Source: Candidatus Cloacimonadota bacterium (GTDB lineage: Bacteria > Cloacimonadota > Cloacimonadia > Cloacimonadales > Cloacimonadaceae). From it: a stretch of 61,046 nt of DNA. The stretch covers positions 1 to 61,046 of the forward strand of contig JAJBBD010000138.1 in NCBI GenBank assembly GCA_020532355.1, in the 5' to 3' direction. Shown here piece by piece: positions 9,383 to 18,654 of this stretch. Numbering within the stretch: the stretch's first letter is position 1; each line of letters opens with the position of its first letter. Under the pieces are notes generated by a model. The model made no database searches. It saw only the letters and a program-made list of their open reading frames with translations, and was not told where the DNA came from. A program made the position numbers and the translations under genes.

Positions 9383-10615
9383 ATGAAAGCTATGCTTATA
9401 GCGTTAATATCGCTAATGATTTTACCGATTTTTGCATTGGACTGCTTACCTTATGGACCGAACGCCGATCAGATAACGGCGGTGCATCTGGCTGGCTGGC
9501 CTGAGTGTTATGGAGTAATTGAAGATGCTCAGAAAATGTTGGTGATATTCGAATCTGGGCTTTATCAGGAATATTCATTTAGTGGAGGGGGGCTTAGCAT
9601 AAAATCCATATTGCTAAAAGACGAAAATACTCTGATGGTTCTAATGGGAGATGGCACATACAGCGATGGATTATGGGATTTTGATCTCACTGAACATAGC
9701 TGGACAATCAATGAATGGTTTGCATTCCCAAATTTCCTGCGTTATTCAGGGTACAATTCTACCTACTATCTGGGTACGGAACAGGGACTCTACCATTCTG
9801 CCGATGCGGAAACCTGGAATAGGATTTGGGATTTGGGCGAGGGCGATTTTACAGAACTAACATGCTTTGAAGGTCATTTTGCCTGCCTCAAAGACAGTTT
9901 TGTGTACACATCGCATAACGCCGGAGAGAACTGGCAAAGCACTACTTCGCCCTTTTTTGAATCAATTCGCTATACCGATAATGGAGTTTTGTACGGCATA
10001 ATGGCAAGAATGAGCGATTCAGACGGACTTTGGCGCTCTTGGGATTATGGCGAGAATTGGGAACTGGTATTTTACAGTTCCAACCTTAGCTGTATTGGCC
10101 CGAATTTTGGTAATAAGCTGCCTTTGGGCTGGTCTGATGGCGAAACAAATAACTGCACAGTATTTCTTTTGGATCATCATGATAATCTGATTGAGCTGGA
10201 CCATCCTAATCTGTATGCTCCCAGTATTCAGATGGACATATTTCCCTTTGTGAATACACCGTCATTTTATGTGGTGAACGACAATGGATTGTTCTTTATT
10301 ACGGGATTTCTTGAAGTCGAAGTAGATGACCTCGTTTCTGCCCCAGCACATCCCATGACTATATATCCCAATCCAGGAAAGGCAAATTTGAAGCTAAAGC
10401 TTGGCAAATGTGAGGCAGGAGAAAGCTTGAGACTATACGATATAAAAGGAAGAATGCTTTGTAGCATGAATATTGATAACTCACAAGCGGAGCAGATAGA
10501 ATGGAATCTGAACCGTACCTTGAGCAATGCTCTGCCCGCTGGAATCTATTTTGTGCGTAGAGTTAATGCCTTGGGCAAAACTCTTGCCGTTAAAAGAGTG
10601 ACATTGATTAACTAA
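9383..10615 (+). CDS. secreted BNR/Asp-box repeat protein with T9SS-type C-terminal sorting domain
   Basis: Start moved from the TTG at 9356 to the ATG at 9383, which follows an AAGGAGGA RBS. Signal peptide. Asp-box-like SHNAGENWQ and SWDYGENWE. C-terminus IYPNPGKANLKLKL...YDIKGRML...AGIYFVR resembles the Por secretion tail. Confidence 0.7.
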   Translation: MKAMLIALISLMILPIFALDCLPYGPNADQITAVHLAGWPECYGVIEDAQKMLVIFESGLYQEYSFSGGGLSIKSILLKDENTLMVLMGDGTYSDGLWDFDLTEHSWTINEWFAFPNFLRYSGYNSTYYLGTEQGLYHSADAETWNRIWDLGEGDFTELTCFEGHFACLKDSFVYTSHNAGENWQSTTSPFFESIRYTDNGVLYGIMARMSDSDGLWRSWDYGENWELVFYSSNLSCIGPNFGNKLPLGWSDGETNNCTVFLLDHHDNLIELDHPNLYAPSIQMDIFPFVNTPSFYVVNDNGLFFITGFLEVEVDDLVSAPAHPMTIYPNPGKANLKLKLGKCEAGESLRLYDIKGRMLCSMNIDNSQAEQIEWNLNRTLSNALPAGIYFVRRVNALGKTLAVKRVTLIN

Positions 10616-10650
10616 TAGAGAGTTTAAAAAGAGGAAATCTTAGATTTTCT

Positions 10651-10782
10651 GCCTGTGATGAATAATTGAGATATGTGGCAGAGCCCCATACTACAAGGGT
10701 GCTAGCTAGGCTCAGATAAAGCCCACCAAACTGAGATCCCGTGCATAAAAATATGCTATATATGGATGTTCAACAGTCTCAT
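10651..10782 (+). repeat. dispersed intergenic repeat, copy B
   Basis: GATGAATAATTGAG..GCCCCATACTACAAGGG ... AAAGCCCACCAAACTGAGATCCCGTGCATA ... ATATGGATGTTCAACAGTCTCAT. The 5' arm of the central hairpin is degraded. The 3' end abuts the stop of the methyltransferase gene. Confidence 0.75.
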
Positions 10783-10785
10783 TTA

Positions 10786-11484
10786 CTAATGCAGATTCGG
10801 TTTCTGCGCTGTTACAAATAACTCGCCATTATCTTCTTCATCATATTGAGCTTTACTGTGCAAGATGCTGAACCCTGCACTGGCAATCTCAACCTGAATG
10901 CTTTGTGCCGTACCCAAATAGCGGAGGGCAACTCCTTCCCTCAATAAGCAACGGCTTTCAGAATCAAATCCAAGCAAGATGTCACTATCCGTTCTCTCGT
11001 AACACATTGTACTCACCAAATAGTATCCGCCTGGTTTTAGTAGTCTGAACACATTTTGCAGGTAGTTTCGGCGATCTTTTCCAATGATGCAATGCAGAGA
11101 GTGATTATCCATCACAAGCTTAAATGAGTTCTCTGGGAAAGGTAGGCTTTTTGTGGCATCGTTTACAGAAAACCTGACCTGTGAGCCGCGCTTGCTTGCT
11201 TCTGCTTCAGCCCACTGTATGGCTTCAGATGCTACATCCGTACCAAAAACCTCGAAGCCCATGCTTTCCAGCCAGAAGGATAGATTGCCCGCCCCACACC
11301 CCATATCCAATACTTTGGCATGCTTGGGCAAAGCAATTTTATTCATCATTGCCTCCATCTCCCGAATGCTTTGTTCTATAACCTCCACACTATCCCAACC
11401 AGGATAACCATCATTTTTGCGTTTCCGATAGGCTTTGTTGTGTAGTAAGTAATTGATGATGGGAGCTAAGTATTTCATTATCAA
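10786..11484 (-). CDS. class I SAM-dependent methyltransferase
   Basis: Motif I VLDMGCGAGNLS, followed by GTDVASEAI and a post-I acidic residue. Confidence 0.75.
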   Translation of the reverse strand: MIMKYLAPIINYLLHNKAYRKRKNDGYPGWDSVEVIEQSIREMEAMMNKIALPKHAKVLDMGCGAGNLSFWLESMGFEVFGTDVASEAIQWAEAEASKRGSQVRFSVNDATKSLPFPENSFKLVMDNHSLHCIIGKDRRNYLQNVFRLLKPGGYYLVSTMCYERTDSDILLGFDSESRCLLREGVALRYLGTAQSIQVEIASAGFSILHSKAQYDEEDNGELFVTAQKPNLH

Positions 11485-11491
11485 ATTCCTC

Positions 11492-12442
11492 TCATTCTTG
11501 CGCTACAACCCGATAAAATTTGTGCGCAATCGTTGGGTATGCATCTTGCCAGAAATTGGTGATAATACCCGATTCTTCAAGCGTCCACCCGACTGGAAAA
11601 GCAGCGAGAATATCTTCCGAAGAATATATTCTATAAGAGCTCGCCACATCTTGGAGATCCCAAGAGATAATGACCCCTTCTTCTGAACGGTCAATTGTCA
11701 CATTATTTGGAGCCACAACCATGTCATACAGATTGCGGATACTTGTTTCATCCAAAGCATAGTCATAGATACTGATCTCATCCAGTTTGCCTTTAAAGTA
11801 ATGACTGCTTGATGCATCGGGATAAGCAGTACCAATACATAATGGGAAATTGGAGTAGGATATCTGCCCAACCAGAGCCACGGAATTGCAGAGTTCGCCA
11901 TCCAGATATAGTTTAAACGCGGTTCCGTCGTAAGTAGCACAAAGTAAATGCCAGCTATCGTATTCAACCGCTTGAGGTGACGTAATGATGTTTTGTACAT
12001 TATTAGCTGCAACATGAGCTTTGGGCACGGTAGAATCGTTACTTACTTCTAAAAGATACGATCCATAGGGAGCTGTAGGTATTCTGTATCTCTTTTCTAA
12101 GATTCTGGTGTAATCTGGTTTGAATTCACTACTGAACCAAGCGGTGAGAGTGAATTGTTGTGGTCTTAGCAGGGGGGTATCTGCAACCCAGAAATAGTCG
12201 CTAATTCCATTCAATTGATAAGCATGGGCAGATAGACCATGACGATCAGGGCAAAGTTGTGGATTACCCTCGATAGTAAGATGCAATCCGTTTATGCTGC
12301 TATCTAAGGCATTGCCATCAAAACTGTAATTAACAACAGGTGCAAGGGTTTTACTCTGTACCTGAGCCAGCGTATTGCCGATATTCAATATCAATGGTAA
12401 TATAGCCACGATCTTAAGGTATATTGTCACATTTCCTCCCAT
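11492..12442 (-). CDS. secreted LamG/concanavalin-A-like lectin domain protein with C-terminal Fn3-like module
   Basis: Signal peptide. LamG-like features (WHLLCATYDGTAFKLYLDGEL, FKGKLDEISIYDYAL). Terminal segment VIISWD...SYRIYSSED...KFYRVVA. Confidence 0.65.
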   Translation of the reverse strand: MGGNVTIYLKIVAILPLILNIGNTLAQVQSKTLAPVVNYSFDGNALDSSINGLHLTIEGNPQLCPDRHGLSAHAYQLNGISDYFWVADTPLLRPQQFTLTAWFSSEFKPDYTRILEKRYRIPTAPYGSYLLEVSNDSTVPKAHVAANNVQNIITSPQAVEYDSWHLLCATYDGTAFKLYLDGELCNSVALVGQISYSNFPLCIGTAYPDASSSHYFKGKLDEISIYDYALDETSIRNLYDMVVAPNNVTIDRSEEGVIISWDLQDVASSYRIYSSEDILAAFPVGWTLEESGIITNFWQDAYPTIAHKFYRVVAQE

Positions 12443-12632
12443 TTGTTTGGGATTGGCAAACGATTTACTGATATTGTCATTATCTGGGATATTTCAAAAC
12501 TTGTCAAGCAGATTATCAACCTCACTCCCCCCGTTTTTTAAGCGCCAGCAAAAATTATCAATACATTTTGCTTGACCGATCTCATTGAGCACAGTATAGC
12601 AATTATTATCAAAAGTGCGTTAGGAGTGAATC

Positions 12633-13487
12633 ATGCATAACAAGTCCGAGCTGGATAAAGCAATCCGCTATATAGAAGCAGGGTTAAAAACAAAACTGAT
12701 ATTGGAAGATATCGCCGAACAGGCTAACATGTCTGCTTGGCACTTTCACCGTGTTTTTATGGCTTCCACAGGAATCACGGTGGGTGAGTATATTCGTAAA
12801 CGCAGAATGTGTGAAGCTGCCAAAGAATTAGTATTCACCACCAAACCCATCAAACAATTAGCCAGTGAATATCAGTATGAATCACAAGCTTCTTTTACCA
12901 GATCATTTGCGGGGATAACCGGCGTCACTCCCGGGAAAATTAGACGCCAAATAGGTCCCTTACAATATTTTAACGCACTATCTTATACACCAAAAGGAGA
13001 AAACATGTTATCAGCTCAAATTAAACACAAAGATGCTTTCCGCGTGGTTGGTATCACCTGCCAAAACACAATGAAGGACAATAAGATCCCCGCTTTGTGG
13101 AACGACTTTAACCAAAAGATTTGCGGCAATGTACCAGATGCCGTTAATCCCGGTGTAGCCCTGGGAATTTGTTACTATCTCGAACATTTGGAGATGAATG
13201 AAAACACACCCTTTATATACCTTGCCGGTGTAGAATATCCCAAAGATACACAATGTCCTAAGGACTTACAACTAAGAGATGTTCCTGCCGCCGATTATGC
13301 AGTTTTTGAGCACCATGGAGCATTGGACACGCTAAACCAGACATATATTGCCATCTATAATGAGTGGTTACCTAAGAGCGGGTACAAACGCAAAAATACT
13401 GATGATTTTGAACTCTACGATCAACGCTTTAATTATGGAGAGCCCGATTCCGTGATGGAGATCTGGGTTCCTATCGAAAAAATCTAA
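12633..13487 (+). CDS. AraC-family transcriptional regulator with GyrI-like effector-binding domain
   Basis: N-terminal HTH_18-type region (LEDIAEQANMSAWHFHRVFMASTGITVGEYIRKRRM). C-terminal GyrI-like half (FRVVGI...FELYD). Confidence 0.8.
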   Translation: MHNKSELDKAIRYIEAGLKTKLILEDIAEQANMSAWHFHRVFMASTGITVGEYIRKRRMCEAAKELVFTTKPIKQLASEYQYESQASFTRSFAGITGVTPGKIRRQIGPLQYFNALSYTPKGENMLSAQIKHKDAFRVVGITCQNTMKDNKIPALWNDFNQKICGNVPDAVNPGVALGICYYLEHLEMNENTPFIYLAGVEYPKDTQCPKDLQLRDVPAADYAVFEHHGALDTLNQTYIAIYNEWLPKSGYKRKNTDDFELYDQRFNYGEPDSVMEIWVPIEKI

Positions 13488-13503
13488 ACATCAAATTCTT
13501 GCT

Positions 13504-13560
13504 AGCACCGGTTTGGACAACTGATTGGTATATACTAATATCCCATCCGGTGCTTATTTT
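13504..13560 (+). terminator. possible terminator after the AraC-family gene
   Basis: AGCACCGG ... CCGGTGCT 8-bp stem followed by TATTTT. The loop is long (about 35 nt), so the call is tentative. Confidence 0.4.
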
Positions 13561-13740
13561 CTGCATATTGTGCACCATCTACATAACCGTAGGCTTAGAA
13601 AAGGTTAAAGCAGACATAAAGCTATCCGACGGGAGTATCTCGGGGGGAACTATGCCCAAAACTAAGCTGAAGCCATAGGGAAGCAAAGACTGAGGATATG
13701 AGCATCAAAGACTAGTGGATTATCCAAGTCCATAAGTGTC
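13561..13740 (-). repeat. degenerate copy of the dispersed repeat (copy F, inverted)
   Basis: The reverse complement contains CTTATGGACT, GGGCATAG, GAGATACTCCCGTC and ATGTAGATGGTGCACAA in the same order as the family blocks. It shares the exact 14-mer GAGATACTCCCGTC with the copy at 21124-21137. Confidence 0.45.
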
Positions 13741-14001
13741 CAATTCCTGATAATTAGAAATGTACCATAGTAGATGGCAAAACCAAACGAACTAACCTAT
13801 CCGGCATATTCCAGACCCAATATTGAAATACATTTGTGGCAGAATTTCCAACACATTCACAATATTTGGTCAAAAAGTTCTTGACAATCTTGATTCCAAA
13901 ACAAAAATCGGTACACATAAGATAAGAATATCTATAACAAAGTGTTATGAACATTATATAGAAGTATATAAGCTAGTATAGTTAAAGGAGATATTGGAAT
14001 A

Positions 14002-15381
14002 ATGATCAAAAATGTGCAGATTGTGTCGCAACACTCCCAAGTAAAAGAATTAGCCAATGACCTTAAGTTTGAAATGCTCGGTCAATTGATTGGCTCAGCT
14101 GCCACTTGCCAACAATTGGCGACAGTCTTGGGTGTTAGTAAGCAAAAAATACACTATAACCTGAACAAGCTATTAGCTGAAGGTTTGATTGTGATAACTG
14201 ATGATACTGCCGATAATGGCAAAGAAGTATATTATCGGGCAAAGGCAAAGAACTATGTTTTAGATTTTGCTTTGGGAAAACATATCAGTGATGGTACAAT
14301 TAACGGACGTGGAGTTATTCAGAGCATATTAGAAAGCGAATACAAGCTTCCACTCTCCGTAATTGCAGCCCGCATTTTGAAGGAATCATTAAAACTGAAA
14401 TCGAGACAGAAGCTTGTTATTGTTACTGGAAAATTCAATTTCCCTTTGGTAGAGAAGATACTTTCTGAGGCGGGGCGGCTGGGTATTCGCTGCACATTAA
14501 TATATCAGGATGAAGAAATGATCCGCTCCAAGTATGAAGATTATTCGCTGGCTGCCTTCAATGCTGATTATGAGAATTTTAACCGCTTATTGCGCAGCAA
14601 TGATGCATATTTAAACCTTAATGGAGAAGCGCGCTATATTCCGCTAAAAGATCCAGACAAACTAAAACTTAGGCAATCTCATTTCTTTAAGAGTTCTCAG
14701 ATCATCAAGCAAAAAAAGATACGAGTGGCAATGATGCCCGGGCTTTTAAATGATACCCTTTCTGAAAAAGCTATTGAAAGCGAATTGCAATTTTGGAAAG
14801 CTTTGGATATCAACTATGATAGTTTGGCTAAAGATACAATCCAGATCTGTAAAGATTTTTCTGAAACTGAACACATTCAGATTACCGGTAATGGATCACA
14901 ATTAAAATTCATGGTAAGTCGGGTGTTAGCCGAAACTGGGTCATTTACCAAAAGCGAATATCAAAGCCCGATGATAAACTTGCCGGGAGGTGAGATTTTG
15001 ATAGTACCCCAGTCTTTTTCCATGAATGGGGAAATCCGTGGCGATGTAGCTTATGCTTTTGGAGAAAAAATACTCAAGCCTGTATTACAGATAAAGAATA
15101 ACGAAATAAAAAAATACGATGCTGAAAGCAATTCTAAACTCTTGGGCAAAGCAATTCTGGGGGGTGGTTTGGATGGCAGAAAAATCGCCCTAATCTGCAT
15201 GGGCACCAATCCCAACATTACCTTGGGTGATATCGACAATTCATTTAAACAAAAAACTCGCGGACTGCTTTCTGTGTATTGGGGTGACAATCGCGCCTTA
15301 GGCGGTGATGTTGCCGGCACCCTTGAATGGTTTATCCAAATTGAACAACCCAATATCCAGCTTACAAAAAAAGAGGTATAA
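14002..15381 (+). CDS. winged-helix (ArsR-like) DNA-binding domain fused to an M29 aminopeptidase-like domain that appears catalytically degenerate
   Basis: N-terminal HTH (CQQLATVLGVSKQKIHYNLNKLLAEGLI). C-terminal M29-like landmarks NLPGGEILIVP and CMGTNPNI. The positions expected for the His/Asp metal ligands read SVYWG and TLEWF. Confidence 0.6.
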   Translation: MIKNVQIVSQHSQVKELANDLKFEMLGQLIGSAATCQQLATVLGVSKQKIHYNLNKLLAEGLIVITDDTADNGKEVYYRAKAKNYVLDFALGKHISDGTINGRGVIQSILESEYKLPLSVIAARILKESLKLKSRQKLVIVTGKFNFPLVEKILSEAGRLGIRCTLIYQDEEMIRSKYEDYSLAAFNADYENFNRLLRSNDAYLNLNGEARYIPLKDPDKLKLRQSHFFKSSQIIKQKKIRVAMMPGLLNDTLSEKAIESELQFWKALDINYDSLAKDTIQICKDFSETEHIQITGNGSQLKFMVSRVLAETGSFTKSEYQSPMINLPGGEILIVPQSFSMNGEIRGDVAYAFGEKILKPVLQIKNNEIKKYDAESNSKLLGKAILGGGLDGRKIALICMGTNPNITLGDIDNSFKQKTRGLLSVYWGDNRALGGDVAGTLEWFIQIEQPNIQLTKKEV

Positions 15382-15383
15382 AA

Positions 15384-18300
15384 ATGAAAGCTATCTTAGG
15401 AATAATACTTATGCTGATTTGCTCTGCCATGTTGATGGCTCAATGGCACATCAACGAAGGCTTTGAGGACATTACTACCATTCCACAAGGCTGGAGCGTT
15501 TTTGATGATGGCGATGGTTTGGCGTGGAGAAATCTGCAACATGCAAACGCTCACGGCGGCAGTAGGGCAGCCTTTGCAGATAACTATCTACCAAATCAGA
15601 ATGCCGATTGGCTTATCACTCCCCAGTTCAACGTGAATGCGGGAGACTTCTTGGAGTTTTATGCCAGAGCTTGGTATGGTAGCGAAAATCTGCAAGTGTA
15701 TGTATCCACAACAACCGCACAGCCGGGTGCCTTTAGTAATGAGATTTTAGATTTGCAGGGATTGGGATCCACCTATCAATTAGCTCAGGTAGATTTGGAT
15801 AGTTTTGTTAATATGGATATTTATATAGGTTTTTTTTGGCAATGCAGCACCTACGGAATCTTAGTTGATGACATAAAAATTGGGCAAACAGAAATAATCC
15901 AGCCCGAGCTTAATCTACCAGATTCCATCAGTTTCTTTAGTGGTGAAACATACAATATCAACGCCGAGGAATACATTGTTTGTACCGATATATCCGCTGT
16001 TTCGTTAAGCGTAGAAGCAAACCTCAACATAGATGTGGAAATTGAAGAGTTGAGTATTAGCATCTCTGCCCCAGATTACAGCGGCGAAGATGAATTAGTG
16101 TTTACTCTGCACGATAACAGCAGTGGCTTGGACGTAACCGATACCATAATTGTAAATGTTTTAGAAGAACCCGCGGTGGATTTTGTAATAAATCAGATAC
16201 GATCCCCTCGTGATGTTGAGTATCAAAACATCCCCCTCATCCCTCAGTTGGATGTATCAAATATGGGATGGGCTGACTTTCAGAATAGCATTAACATCGA
16301 AATGCAGGTATTTAGTGAACAAAACATATTATTGTATACCGATAGTGTAACTGAGGATGTCTATCTTCCCGCACAAGAAAGTGTTTCAGTTAGTTTTGCA
16401 AACAGCTTTAGCCCTGCACAAGAAGAGGTGCTCCGCTTTGTTTTTACAATAGTCACAAGCGATTCATATCCCGATAATAATAGTGCCGACAAGCTCTGTT
16501 ACGTATTGTATAGGCATACATCTGGGGGACCGGATGACTTTGGTTATCGCTTTCTGGATAGCAACGATCCTTTGGGTCCTGATTATGAATGGATAGATAT
16601 AAGCGAAAGTGGTACTTCAACCATCATGTACAACGTTCCCGAGTTTTTAGGAGACGATAACTTTAGTGAAGCTATTCCTTTGGGATTTAGTTTCCCATTC
16701 TACGGATCTTCCTATGGCAGCGCTTATGTGGATATTAATGGCGAAATTCTCTTGGCAGAAAACTCATGGCAAACTGATTATCCTGCGCAGGGTTGGGGCA
16801 ATGACGGTAATATGTTCAACTACATGTATCCCATTCCAGGTTACTCTCAAATGCCAGCATTGATTGCTGTTTACTGGGATGACTTGGAAGCTGATGAAGG
16901 TACTGGAGATGTTTATTTCCAAACCTTTGGCACAGAGCCTGATCGTTACGCAATTGTCCAATGGAACGATCTCCGTTTTCGTTCCGGAACAGGAGCTGAG
17001 AACTTACTAACGTTTCAAGTAATACTACATGAAGACGGCTCTATCAAGATGCAGTATCATACCGTGGCAACCGCTCAAACAGGTGCCAGTATCCCACATG
17101 ACTTTGGTGCTAGCTCCACCATCGCCCTGCAAAATGAAGCTGCTACAGTAGGTATTACATATTTGAGAGAGATTGTACAGAACAATAGCTATGTGGGTGT
17201 AGAACCTTATGGCAATCTCTTGCACGACAATTTGGCAATCCTGTTTTATTTCTCAGAAGATGATCAGGCTCCCATCATCGCTCATGATGCTATTGGCAAC
17301 ACTCTATCTCAGGATATTGAGATTAAAGCAAACATCATCGATATGACACAGCCAATTAGTGCAATGCTACATTATGACACTGGCTCAGGATGGCAGTCAA
17401 CAACCCCCACCACAAACTCGGATAACAATTACTATTTCAATTTAACCGATTTACCTCTAGGAAGCACAGTGAACTACTATTTCAGTGCCGAAGACGGAGC
17501 GGGAAATTCCGTTTCTTTGCCTGCAGACGCTCCCCTTACGTTTTATTCCTTCAAGGTATTGCCTACAGTAGACGCTCAGGTATTGATTGCGTTTAGTGGC
17601 AATCAAGACTACAATCGCATCGAACTGCCAATATATGAGGCCTTACTTACCGAGCTTGATATTGCCTACGATATCTATAATTGGGAGGAATACGATAGTT
17701 ATATACTACCAACATCTTACAAAGGGATTCTCGCTTATGCCAATACCGGTACAGCCAATGAGAAGATGCAATACTTTGCTTCTCAATTAACCCAATATTT
17801 GGATAGTGGTACTGACGAGCAACCTCGAAATCTGTGGTTTGCATCGGATGGACTCGCCTCTTCCCAACACGCACATTCGAATTCAAGTAATATCCGCCGT
17901 TTGATGAGTGGATATTTTCGTACATATTATGTTGCTACTGGTTTGGGTGGGGGAACAAACGGTCTGGCTGGTCCCGATAGCTTTTCCTATGAGAACGGTA
18001 CTCTCCTCGCCTTGCCGGGTACGCCTGTGGGAGCTGTAGATCAAGAGTATCCCGTATATGCCAATAGCCCCGATTGCATTTTCCCTAACGATGCGGCTGG
18101 AGATCCGTACTTCGATTCAGTTCCTCATCCAGAAATTGGCGCAAATTACATCTATGCGTTTGAGGATGGACCCATCAACGGCCATGCCTATTTATATCAT
18201 GGAGTAGCAGCAACAGCAGTAGAAACACCATCCTTCAGAGCGCTATATTTCAGTTTCGACTTCTCTCAGCTTACAAACCCCAATCATCGTTATGAATGGA

Positions 18301-18644
18301 TGGAAGACCTTATGGATTGGTGGAATATTGTGCCTTCAGCAACTGATGATCCACAAATTCCAGCTTCAAATAGCGGCTTGATTAGCATATACCCCAATCC
18401 CTTCAATCCCAATACCAGTATCTCTTATTACTTAGAAAAAGCTGTACCTGTTAGATTGGAGATTTTCAACCTCAAGGGTCAGAGAGTAAAGACACTATTA
18501 AATGAACAAAAAAGTGCTGGAATGCACATCATTGCCTGGGATGGTAAAGATAACAAGGGAAACACAGTAGCCAGTGGCATTTACTACCTTAGCCTTGTTA
18601 CGCCAGATATCAAACAAGCTCGCAAAATCACAATGTTAAAGTAA
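15384..18644 (+). CDS. 1086-aa secreted protein with N-terminal choice-of-anchor-J-like domain and T9SS-type C-terminal domain
   Basis: Signal peptide. N-terminus WHINEGFED...IPQGWSVFDDGDG...NADWLITPQFNV...LEFYAR. C-terminus IYPNPFNPNTSISYYL...LEIFNLKGQRV...GIYYLSL. Confidence 0.75.
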   Translation: MKAILGIILMLICSAMLMAQWHINEGFEDITTIPQGWSVFDDGDGLAWRNLQHANAHGGSRAAFADNYLPNQNADWLITPQFNVNAGDFLEFYARAWYGSENLQVYVSTTTAQPGAFSNEILDLQGLGSTYQLAQVDLDSFVNMDIYIGFFWQCSTYGILVDDIKIGQTEIIQPELNLPDSISFFSGETYNINAEEYIVCTDISAVSLSVEANLNIDVEIEELSISISAPDYSGEDELVFTLHDNSSGLDVTDTIIVNVLEEPAVDFVINQIRSPRDVEYQNIPLIPQLDVSNMGWADFQNSINIEMQVFSEQNILLYTDSVTEDVYLPAQESVSVSFANSFSPAQEEVLRFVFTIVTSDSYPDNNSADKLCYVLYRHTSGGPDDFGYRFLDSNDPLGPDYEWIDISESGTSTIMYNVPEFLGDDNFSEAIPLGFSFPFYGSSYGSAYVDINGEILLAENSWQTDYPAQGWGNDGNMFNYMYPIPGYSQMPALIAVYWDDLEADEGTGDVYFQTFGTEPDRYAIVQWNDLRFRSGTGAENLLTFQVILHEDGSIKMQYHTVATAQTGASIPHDFGASSTIALQNEAATVGITYLREIVQNNSYVGVEPYGNLLHDNLAILFYFSEDDQAPIIAHDAIGNTLSQDIEIKANIIDMTQPISAMLHYDTGSGWQSTTPTTNSDNNYYFNLTDLPLGSTVNYYFSAEDGAGNSVSLPADAPLTFYSFKVLPTVDAQVLIAFSGNQDYNRIELPIYEALLTELDIAYDIYNWEEYDSYILPTSYKGILAYANTGTANEKMQYFASQLTQYLDSGTDEQPRNLWFASDGLASSQHAHSNSSNIRRLMSGYFRTYYVATGLGGGTNGLAGPDSFSYENGTLLALPGTPVGAVDQEYPVYANSPDCIFPNDAAGDPYFDSVPHPEIGANYIYAFEDGPINGHAYLYHGVAATAVETPSFRALYFSFDFSQLTNPNHRYEWMEDLMDWWNIVPSATDDPQIPASNSGLISIYPNPFNPNTSISYYLEKAVPVRLEIFNLKGQRVKTLLNEQKSAGMHIIAWDGKDNKGNTVASGIYYLSLVTPDIKQARKITMLK

Positions 18645-18654
18645 AGGGGAAAAC

